A stretch of 64,000 bases of DNA from an uncultured Nitrospiraceae bacterium (GTDB lineage Bacteria; Nitrospirota; Nitrospiria; Nitrospirales; UBA2166): the NCBI GenBank assembly GCA_964463965.1, contig CAYXED010000001.1, positions 141,961 through 205,960 of the forward strand, given 5' to 3'. The notes beneath the pieces are model-generated. The model was given only the letters and a program-made list of their open reading frames with translations, searched no databases and had not been told where the DNA came from. Shown here in pieces: positions 26,255 through 34,562 of the stretch. The translations under genes and the position numbers were made by a program. Within the stretch, counting starts at the first letter, position 1. Each line of letters opens with the position of its first letter.

Positions 26255-27459
26255 TCCCCAGTCGGACTGCAGGATACCTCCTCACCAGACACAGGCTGTT
26301 GAGCACGGTTTAAAATATGAAAAAAACCTGCATATTGATCCGTAGTTAATACGTCATAAGTTTTTGAGCAAACTTCCATTGGGACACCACGTTCAAATTC
26401 GTGATGGTCATCGTCTTCAGCCTTCTTGAAAAGGCTATTAAGTGTTGCAAAATGACCTGACCATACACAGGGTTTGTCCTCAGGAAGAACCTTGAAAATT
26501 GTTGGATCGTCAGGCCTTACTACATCCCCTGCTTTCACAGTATTTGAGAACGAAAACAGAGGGTGAAAAGGTGGCAAATGCAAAAGATCAGAGGTCCTTT
26601 GATCAATTGCATGCCATACGCCACGTACAAAAGTCTGATCATATTCGTCGACTACGCTTTTAAAAGGCCCCTTAAGCAAGGCATACCTTACACAACTTTC
26701 ACTTTTCGCAGACTGATAATTTATATCGTTACCCTTATATCCAGTGATCGTTAAAGCTGAAAAACGTATTCCATCAATCACACCATATGGAGTCACATTA
26801 ACCTGGTGGACACCAACAAATCCCGCCTCACATATTGTCGTAAGATAGTCGCGAGTATACATTGCTCCTGAAAGACAGGCACCCCACCGAACACGATCAT
26901 TTAATAAATAGTTTGGAATTTCTGCGTCGGCAACAACATCAGAAATGGTAAATCTCCCGCCAACCTTTAAGGCACGATGTATCTCACTAAAGACCAATCT
27001 TTTATTCGGAGCCAAATTAATCACACAGTTTGAGATAATTAAATCAATTATCCCATCATCAACGGGAAGTCTTTCGGCTTCACCTTTTCGAAAATCAACA
27101 TTGGAACAAGGATATCCCAAGTTTTCCGCAACAGCTGCAGCAGAGTTTTTGGCAATATCTAGCATCTCATCAGTCATATCAACACCAATAACAAAACCGT
27201 CCTTTCCGGTTTCACGCGATGCCTCAAAACAGTCGATCCCTCCCCCACAACCAATATCGAGAACTGTTTCACCTCTACGCACAGTTCCCGGAGCAACAGG
27301 AGCCCCACAACCATTAGCAATTTGTAGTACGGACTGCGGAATGTAGCTCGACAAAAAATTCATATCATAGCCATCCGGCGTACATACCTGCTTCCCGTTC
27401 CTAGCTGCCTCTGCGTATATATCCATTACAGATTGGGTCGTGGTGAAATCATTGGACAT
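26245..27459 (-). CDS. arsM: arsenite S-adenosylmethionine methyltransferase-like protein with extended C-terminal domain
   Basis: SAM motif VLDIGCGGGIDCF. Four Cys sit in the ArsM-typical contexts (..KQVCTP.., ..ANGCGAP.., ..ISNCVINL.., ..WGACLSGA..). A strong AAGGAGG SD is present. The ~150-aa C-terminal extension ends CSPTGECC. Confidence 0.78.
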   Translation of the reverse strand: MSNDFTTTQSVMDIYAEAARNGKQVCTPDGYDMNFLSSYIPQSVLQIANGCGAPVAPGTVRRGETVLDIGCGGGIDCFEASRETGKDGFVIGVDMTDEMLDIAKNSAAAVAENLGYPCSNVDFRKGEAERLPVDDGIIDLIISNCVINLAPNKRLVFSEIHRALKVGGRFTISDVVADAEIPNYLLNDRVRWGACLSGAMYTRDYLTTICEAGFVGVHQVNVTPYGVIDGIRFSALTITGYKGNDINYQSAKSESCVRYALLKGPFKSVVDEYDQTFVRGVWHAIDQRTSDLLHLPPFHPLFSFSNTVKAGDVVRPDDPTIFKVLPEDKPCVWSGHFATLNSLFKKAEDDDHHEFERGVPMEVCSKTYDVLTTDQYAGFFHILNRAQQPVSGEEVSCSPTGECC

Positions 27460-27536
27460 GTGAAGCCTCCTTAAAAGACACGAAACTAACGCTGCTACCC
27501 GTCATATAAACCCATATATGCATAATACTATAACAT

Positions 27537-27562
27537 GACATATAGAGATATCGTCATATGTC
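27537..27562. promoter_or_regulatory. 26-bp imperfect palindrome GACATAT-AGA-GATATC-GTC-ATATGTC upstream of arsM (candidate ArsR operator)
   Basis: 20 of 26 positions are symmetric, read directly. It lies 78-103 nt upstream of the arsM ATG, in the arsM/smc divergent region. Confidence 0.3.
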
Positions 27563-27787
27563 TTACACTTTTTACCATACGAGCAGAAAATATTTCAATA
27601 CTATAAGGCCTTACTTTTCTAAATTAAACAATATGTTTAATTTTTAATCGTAACATGTTGTTTTTTAAGTAAAATTTAATATAAATTTAAAAAACTGCTA
27701 TATAGTTTTGTTTTGCAAGTCACTCCTATGCATGTTATAACATAGGTCCCGACGAAGAGACTTACAGCACGAAAAAGTGAAACATAC

Positions 27788-30700
27788 ATGCATCTAAAGC
27801 AACTCGATATCATCGGGTTCAAATCCTTCGTTGAGGCCTCAATTTCCTTCGGAACCGGCATCACTGCACTCGTCGGTCCAAATGGTACCGGAAAAAGCAA
27901 TCTCGTTGATGCAGTACTTTGGGCCTTAGGGGAACAGTCGCAAAAATCACTCCGAATTGAACGCATGGAGGACACCATTTTTAACGGTGCAGCCTCCAAG
28001 CCACCCCTGGGAATGGCCGAGGTAGTACTCACTCTTACGGATCTACCCAACGACCAGGAAGACGTAACCATATCCCGCCGGCTCTACCGTGACGGGCAAA
28101 GTGAGTATGCAATCAACAAGAAATCCTGTCGATTGCGTGATGTTAGAGATCTATTTTTTGACTTAGGAGCAAATTCAAAAGGGTGCACAATTATTGAGCA
28201 AGGCAAACTAGATACTCTTCTTCAAAGTTCCCCACAAGATCGCCGTACAATGATTGAAGAGGCAGCTGGAACTATGCGCTACAAAAAACAGCGCGCTGCC
28301 ACAATGCAAAAAATAGAAGCTTGCCAGGGAAACCTCCTCAGACTTAGAGACCTGATTAGCGAGCTCAAACGACAACAATCCTCTTTAAAGCGCCAAGCAA
28401 AAGCTGCTGAAACATACAAAACCATTCATGAGGAGATACGTACACTAGAACTCTCTTTGGTGAAGCACGACTACGAGGAGCATCGCGATCACTTAGATGC
28501 AATTGAAGCACAGATAGATACAGCAACCGAACAAGAGAACGACCTATCCATCAAACTAACTAATTTTGCAACTGACCGCGAACATGCGAAACGCCTTGAG
28601 GCAGAAGCATCTGCACAGCTTACGGAGGAAAAAGATGCTGCGACTGCTTCAAAGATTCTTCATGAACGTGCGCTAGAAGCCGTGGAACGACAACATACAC
28701 TTTTAAAAATGTGCGAGGCTCAACTTCAACAAGTAACCACATCTCTTGCACAAATTGAATACGATGCCCAAAGGGATGAAGAGCGCCAAAAAGATTGCAA
28801 TGCTTCACTAGATACCCTTCAACATGACTTTGAATCGACAGAAGCAATTCTCACTTCACAAGAACAAGAATTGAAGACTGCTCAAGACCAACAACGTACA
28901 ATCCATACAACAATGGAAGAACTTCGTGCCAAGACGATGAAGGTATTGACAGAAGAAAATACGGAAGCTCAAACTATCAGTGCCCTAGAAACACGAGAAC
29001 AAGAACTCCTCAGCAGACAGGAATATAACCAAAACAATCATGCCACGCTAACCCGCACCATTACACATACAACAGAACACCAATCTGAGCTCACAGCGCA
29101 AATATCAAACATTAAGAGGCGCTGGGAACACCATCAATCCCGTATAAAAGAACACGAGAAAGTTCTTGAAAAGCTACATCATTCAAGCCTGCATCATGTC
29201 GAGGAAGAACGCGCCGCAAACGAACATGTTACTGCACTTGAATCCCGTCGTACTGCCTTACAGGGGGTCTTAGCAGAACAGTGGTCCAGCTATGGAGAGC
29301 AAGGACCAAAACTTGCCAGCGAAGAAATTAGAGGAGCGATTGCTGAAGTCCTAAAGGTCCCTCCGCAATATGAACGTGCAATAGAGGTTGCCTTAGGCGA
29401 ACGTCTTCGTGGCGTTATTGTAGATAGTCACTCTCAAGCTAGAGATGCAATCAAGACCCTTCGTAAACAGGGTCTATCATTAGGCACCTTTATTCCCCTC
29501 CACCCACGCAAGCAGGCACCCCTGAAAACTCTAGGAAACTCTCTACCAGGCGTTGTTGCCAATGCAAGAGAAGTTGTAACTACTACTACAGAATTTGAGC
29601 ATATCATTGACTATTTACTTAATACTGTAGTCATTGTAGAAAACCTGGATAGCGCACTTGAACTCTGGGAGAAACAACCAACTCACTTGAACAACCAACT
29701 TCCAGACCAAGCAATTTTTGTAACACTTGACGGAGAATACGTTGACGCGGGGGGTATTGTGGGCGTTGGATCAGTTCCTTCAGCCATGGGTCTCCTTGAA
29801 CGACAACGTGAGGTAAAGGGGATAGATGACCTTCTATCTACCGCAACCACACAAGCAGCAGCAGCTCAGCAACAATGTGAAGAAATTACCACAAACATTG
29901 AAAATCAAAACCAGCAAAAACTGTCCGATGAGGGAGCCGCCAGAGAAGAAGAGCTTCATCTGTTAAATGCCCAAAAAGACAAGGAGCGTACTGATCAAGA
30001 ACTACTGCGCTTGAAAGAAGATGCGCAACGGTTGACACAATCTCTAGAAACAGACCAAAGAGCCCTAACATCGCTCAAGGGTGAACTGCTGGAAGCGAGA
30101 CAAAAAAAAGAAACACTAATTAAGCATCGCCAAGAAGTAGATCAGCTTCTCATTCAACACCAACAATCAAGTGTAAGAAGTGAGGATATTCTCCAACGCA
30201 GCCTTGAACAAGTTAATCATACGCGTCTCACACAACATACACTTTCGTCACGACGCGATACTCTACAAGCAGAGATTCAAACTCTTCAACAGGCCACCCA
30301 AGACCGAAAAGAGAAAACAACCCATCTTAAAAACGAGCAACATCGAATGACTGAGCAAAGCAACTCTGCACAGGCTGATACGACCCAACTTAAAGAGTCA
30401 ATCGACCAACTGAATGCCGAAATCAACTCCCACGATTCTAAGGTCTCCGCTGCACAAGCAAATTTAGACCAAATGATTGCGCTTACACGAACACAGGACA
30501 CCGCCCATACCAACACTCAGAAATCTCTCGAAGAGGTCAGACAAACGCTCAACGATTATGCAGTTAACCGCATGGAACACACCACAAGCCTTGACCATCT
30601 TGAAAACTTGCTTTCTGGAACCTATGAAACCTCTATTGACGCCGTGAGAGAAAAGCTTGGTGATGTAAATATTGACCTTGAGCTCACGCGCACCACCCTT

Positions 30701-31336
30701 TCTCAACGTCGCCAACGACGAGATCGCCTTGGTCCTATAAACCTTGCTGCCGCTGAGGAAGCACAAGCCCTAGATGAACGTGTACTATTCTTAACGGCAG
30801 AAGAAAATGACCTCTTGCAATCTATTGCCTCACTTGAAGAAATTATGACCCGCTTAAACGATACAACTAGCCAGCTTTTTAAAGAAACATTTCATGCACT
30901 TCGAAAAACATTTAATGACCTGTTTAGCCGTCTTTTCGAAGGAGGCATGGCCGACCTTATCCTCGATGATCCTGACCCCATTACAGCCGGAGTTGATATT
31001 GTTGCCCAACCACCAGGGAAACGCCTAAAGCAACTTTCTATGCTGTCAGGTGGAGAAAAGGCTCTTACTGCTTTTGCTCTCATTCTCGCAAGTTACGTTA
31101 TACGTCCAACCCCATTGTGCGTGTTAGATGAAACAGATGCTCCACTGGATGATGAAAATGTCGCAAGATTCATTCGGGTAGTCCAAGAGGTTTCTGAGTC
31201 TGCACAATTTCTTCTCATCACACACAACAAACAGACCATGGCTGCTGCGGATAAACTCTATGGTACGACCATGGCTGAACCCGGAATTACCATGCTTCTT
31301 TCTGCTACCCTTGAAAATGAAAATCAGCAGACCTAG
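27788..31336 (+). CDS. smc: chromosome segregation protein SMC
   Basis: 1182 aa, with N-terminal Walker A GPNGTGKSN, long coiled coils, a hinge, and C-terminal LSGGEKALTAFALILA / LDETDAPLD. Confidence 0.95.
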   Translation: MHLKQLDIIGFKSFVEASISFGTGITALVGPNGTGKSNLVDAVLWALGEQSQKSLRIERMEDTIFNGAASKPPLGMAEVVLTLTDLPNDQEDVTISRRLYRDGQSEYAINKKSCRLRDVRDLFFDLGANSKGCTIIEQGKLDTLLQSSPQDRRTMIEEAAGTMRYKKQRAATMQKIEACQGNLLRLRDLISELKRQQSSLKRQAKAAETYKTIHEEIRTLELSLVKHDYEEHRDHLDAIEAQIDTATEQENDLSIKLTNFATDREHAKRLEAEASAQLTEEKDAATASKILHERALEAVERQHTLLKMCEAQLQQVTTSLAQIEYDAQRDEERQKDCNASLDTLQHDFESTEAILTSQEQELKTAQDQQRTIHTTMEELRAKTMKVLTEENTEAQTISALETREQELLSRQEYNQNNHATLTRTITHTTEHQSELTAQISNIKRRWEHHQSRIKEHEKVLEKLHHSSLHHVEEERAANEHVTALESRRTALQGVLAEQWSSYGEQGPKLASEEIRGAIAEVLKVPPQYERAIEVALGERLRGVIVDSHSQARDAIKTLRKQGLSLGTFIPLHPRKQAPLKTLGNSLPGVVANAREVVTTTTEFEHIIDYLLNTVVIVENLDSALELWEKQPTHLNNQLPDQAIFVTLDGEYVDAGGIVGVGSVPSAMGLLERQREVKGIDDLLSTATTQAAAAQQQCEEITTNIENQNQQKLSDEGAAREEELHLLNAQKDKERTDQELLRLKEDAQRLTQSLETDQRALTSLKGELLEARQKKETLIKHRQEVDQLLIQHQQSSVRSEDILQRSLEQVNHTRLTQHTLSSRRDTLQAEIQTLQQATQDRKEKTTHLKNEQHRMTEQSNSAQADTTQLKESIDQLNAEINSHDSKVSAAQANLDQMIALTRTQDTAHTNTQKSLEEVRQTLNDYAVNRMEHTTSLDHLENLLSGTYETSIDAVREKLGDVNIDLELTRTTLSQRRQRRDRLGPINLAAAEEAQALDERVLFLTAEENDLLQSIASLEEIMTRLNDTTSQLFKETFHALRKTFNDLFSRLFEGGMADLILDDPDPITAGVDIVAQPPGKRLKQLSMLSGGEKALTAFALILASYVIRPTPLCVLDETDAPLDDENVARFIRVVQEVSESAQFLLITHNKQTMAAADKLYGTTMAEPGITMLLSATLENENQQT

Positions 31337-31362
31337 TAAACCACCTTCAGTCCATCATCTGC

Positions 31363-31392
31363 TTGAATGCTACCCACACTTCTTGGTATAAT
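31363..31392 (+). promoter_or_regulatory. candidate sigma70-type promoter for the crp/fnr-shc unit
   Basis: TTGAAT (31363-31368), an 18-nt spacer, then TATAAT (31387-31392) with an extended TG at 31384-31385. It lies ~38 nt upstream of the 31430 ATG. Confidence 0.35.
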
Positions 31393-31429
31393 TCAGCCTC
31401 TTTCATCAACTTTTTCCTAATAGAAAAAT

Positions 31430-32122
31430 ATGGAATCTATCGTAAAAAGCAAGCTCTGGTACCTGAAGCAAGTTAAGCTATTTTCCGATCTCAGCGACGT
31501 TGAGATGGATCAGATGAATCAAATGACCCGCATGGAGGCTTTTAAGAAAAAGCAGCCAATTTATCTCCCAGGTGATCCTGGAGATTATGTTTATTTGTTA
31601 AAATCAGGCCGGGTGAAAATTTCAAAAATTGGTGATGACGGGAAAGAATTAACATTAGCAGTCCTCGAGCCAGGGGAAATTTTTGGGGAAGTTGAAGTCC
31701 TAGAAGAAACCACACGAGACAGTGTGGCAGAGGTTATCGATGATGCGGATATCTGCTTAATTAAACGAGAGGACTTTGAGCATTTTCTAAAGAACCAGCC
31801 TCAGTGTAGTTTTAAGTTAACTAAGTTAATTGGGTTCCGCCTGAAACAGATTGAGAATCGCATTGAAGATATAGTTTTTAGGGATGCTCCCGCACGCTTA
31901 GCTCATCTTCTGATCAATCTTGCAGATTCTTTTGGAAGAGATATTCCTGAAGGTCGTGCCCTCAAAACAAAGATAACACACCAAGAACTTGCCAACCTGA
32001 TAGGAACAACCCGCGAGACAGTCAGCTTAACGTTGGGGCAATTTCGCCAGGCAGGGCTAATTTCTATGGAAAAACGACAGATTATTATCCTAGACCAGAA
32101 GGGCCTTACTGAGTTGGTATAA
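31430..32122 (+). CDS. Crp/Fnr-family transcriptional regulator (cNMP-binding domain + C-terminal HTH)
   Basis: GEIFGEVEVL beta-roll motif and HTH ITHQELANLIGTTRETVSLTLGQFRQAGLI. There is no N-terminal FNR Cys cluster. Confidence 0.85.
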   Translation: MESIVKSKLWYLKQVKLFSDLSDVEMDQMNQMTRMEAFKKKQPIYLPGDPGDYVYLLKSGRVKISKIGDDGKELTLAVLEPGEIFGEVEVLEETTRDSVAEVIDDADICLIKREDFEHFLKNQPQCSFKLTKLIGFRLKQIENRIEDIVFRDAPARLAHLLINLADSFGRDIPEGRALKTKITHQELANLIGTTRETVSLTLGQFRQAGLISMEKRQIIILDQKGLTELV

Positions 32123-32141
32123 ACTTACTGACTAAGAGACA

Positions 32142-34361
32142 ATGAGCCGCGCTTTCAGCGATACCCCCCACAAACACCCTTCAAAGAGCCTGTTTAGACG
32201 TTTTCTAAAGAATATCACTCCGGCGTTTCGTCGTGGGATGCCACCAGACGATTCACTAACAAGCCTGGCAATGGAACAGCCACAAGAGACTTCATCTAAT
32301 CTAAAAGATTTTGAAGAACAATCTTCAGGCTCCTCTACAGACACCATAGCCTCACCTATTACTTCCATAGAAGACATACAAAAGCTTTTGGAAACTTGCA
32401 AAAGACATATGGATCAAAGCGTCCACTATCTACTTAACCAGCAAGATCCACGCGGTTTTTGGGTAGCTGAACTTGAAGCGGACTCAACCCTGACATCTGA
32501 ATATATTATGTTCCGAAGAATGCTTGACAAGGTTGACCCAGAGAAAGAAAAAAAGAAAGTTTGCTACTTAAAAGCAGCCCAATGTGAAGATGGAGGGTGG
32601 CCAATTTACTATGGTGGTCCAAGCGATATAAGTGCTTCAGTAAAAGCTTACTTTGCATTAAAACTTGCTGGCGTTTCACCAAATGAACCTTTTATGAGGA
32701 ATGCACGAGAAATCATTCTAAAAATGGGAGGTGTAGTCAAAGCTAACGTGTTTACTAAAATTGGGCTAGCCTTGTTTGATCAGTATGACTGGCATGGAAT
32801 ACCAAGCATGCCACCAGAAATTATTCTTCTTCCAAAGCAATTCCCAGTTAATATTCACTCGGTATCTTACTGGTCTCGCGTTGTTTTGGTGCCACTCCTA
32901 ATCATCTACGCGTCACGTCCTGTAAATCAAATACCAAAAGAATGTGCAATTGATGAGCTATATGTAGTGCCCAGAAATCAAGTACGTGTTCGTAAGGGGC
33001 CTCCTTTTGAAGCTGATCCTCGTCTCGTGAGTTGGAGAAATCTTTTTCTGTTGGTTGATTTTGCCTTACATCTTTATAGTCAACGACCTTTGCTTCCGTT
33101 ACGAGGACTCGCTATCAAGAAAGCAACCGATTGGATGCTGGAACGGATGCAAGGAAACGGCGGCCTCGGAGCCATATATCCAGCAATGGCAAATTCAGTG
33201 CTTGCCCTGCATGCTCTTGGATATGGAACCGACCACCCACTTATTAGCAAAGCATTGTCTGAGATTGAAGAACTTGAAGTTGAGTCAGAAGACATGCTTC
33301 ATCTTCAGCCTTGCTTCTCACCAATTTGGGATACGTGTTTAATGAGCAATACACTGGTAGAGTCAGGGATTCCACGAACACACCCAGCTCTGATTAAAGC
33401 TGGTCAGTGGATGCTGTCAAAACAGACAAAAAAAGAGGGTGATTGGAAAGTTTCAGCCCCCCAAGCACAGCCAGGCGGATGGTGTTTCCAATTTGAAAAC
33501 GAACTTTACCCAGATTGCGATGACACAGCTGTTGTCCTTATGGCACTTGCAAAGATGGAGTTCCCAAATCAGACTGAGCAACGGCAAGCAATTCTTCGTG
33601 GCCTTCACTGGCTCTTACCAATGCAAGGTAGCGATGGTGGCTGGGCAGCGTATGACAAGGACAACAATACGACAATATGTAATGAGCACCCTTTTGCTGA
33701 CCATCAAGCCCTACTTGACAACAGTACGGCAGACATTGCAGGCCGCGTTCTAGAGCTCTTAGGGGTGCTCGGATTTGATCGAACTTTTGGCCCCGCACAA
33801 AAAGCAATTTCATATCTTAAAAAAGACCAGGAAGAGAATGGTTCATGGTATGGCCGCTGGGGTGTAAACTATATCTATGGCACCTGGTCTGTACTAGCAG
33901 GATTACGTAGTATAGGTGAAGACCTTTCCCAGCCATACATACGTAATGCAGTAACCTGGCTTAAAGAAACCCAACATGATGATGGAGGCTGGGGTGAGTC
34001 ATGCCAATCATATGCAGATCCAAGTCTCGCCGGAGTTGGAGAGAGTACAGCATCTCAAACTGCGTGGGCACTTATCGGTCTCTTATGCGCAGGAGAGGTT
34101 GAATCAGACCATGTTACGCGAGGAATAGAAGCATTAATACGCTCACAGAAAACAGATGGTTCATGGGAGGAACGCTTCCATACAGGCACGGGATTCCCGC
34201 GCGTATTCTACCTTCGCTATCACTGGTACGGCCAATATTTTCCATTGTGGGCTCTCTCGATGTACCAAAGTCTAAAAACCAACACTCGACTTATAGCTGA
34301 TGATATTGCCAAACAGAATAAGAACGAGGGATGGTATGTCCAACACTCTCCCAAGTTATGA
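32142..34361 (+). CDS. shc: squalene-hopene cyclase
   Basis: Catalytic DxDD motif (YPDCDDTAVV), multiple QW repeats (..DGGWG.., GSWYGRWGVNYIYGT) and the conserved C-terminus FPRVFYLRYHWY. The start is uncertain. The ORF begins ~85 codons before the conserved core; alternative ATGs lie at 32271 and 32409. Confidence 0.95.
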   Translation: MSRAFSDTPHKHPSKSLFRRFLKNITPAFRRGMPPDDSLTSLAMEQPQETSSNLKDFEEQSSGSSTDTIASPITSIEDIQKLLETCKRHMDQSVHYLLNQQDPRGFWVAELEADSTLTSEYIMFRRMLDKVDPEKEKKKVCYLKAAQCEDGGWPIYYGGPSDISASVKAYFALKLAGVSPNEPFMRNAREIILKMGGVVKANVFTKIGLALFDQYDWHGIPSMPPEIILLPKQFPVNIHSVSYWSRVVLVPLLIIYASRPVNQIPKECAIDELYVVPRNQVRVRKGPPFEADPRLVSWRNLFLLVDFALHLYSQRPLLPLRGLAIKKATDWMLERMQGNGGLGAIYPAMANSVLALHALGYGTDHPLISKALSEIEELEVESEDMLHLQPCFSPIWDTCLMSNTLVESGIPRTHPALIKAGQWMLSKQTKKEGDWKVSAPQAQPGGWCFQFENELYPDCDDTAVVLMALAKMEFPNQTEQRQAILRGLHWLLPMQGSDGGWAAYDKDNNTTICNEHPFADHQALLDNSTADIAGRVLELLGVLGFDRTFGPAQKAISYLKKDQEENGSWYGRWGVNYIYGTWSVLAGLRSIGEDLSQPYIRNAVTWLKETQHDDGGWGESCQSYADPSLAGVGESTASQTAWALIGLLCAGEVESDHVTRGIEALIRSQKTDGSWEERFHTGTGFPRVFYLRYHWYGQYFPLWALSMYQSLKTNTRLIADDIAKQNKNEGWYVQHSPKL

Positions 34362-34562
34362 CCCGGATAATAGAACTAACCCAAAACATACCTGGAGCAA
34401 TTTTACCATTTCCCCTATATGCCACATTCATACGGTAGCTCTTTCTAATTGACATATAGATGATAGAACGATGAATGAAACTACTTGTTAGTAGCTACCT
34501 CATAGCTTGATCTTACATGCTGCCTGAAGAACTATAAATATCAAACCTATGAGCTCAATGAC

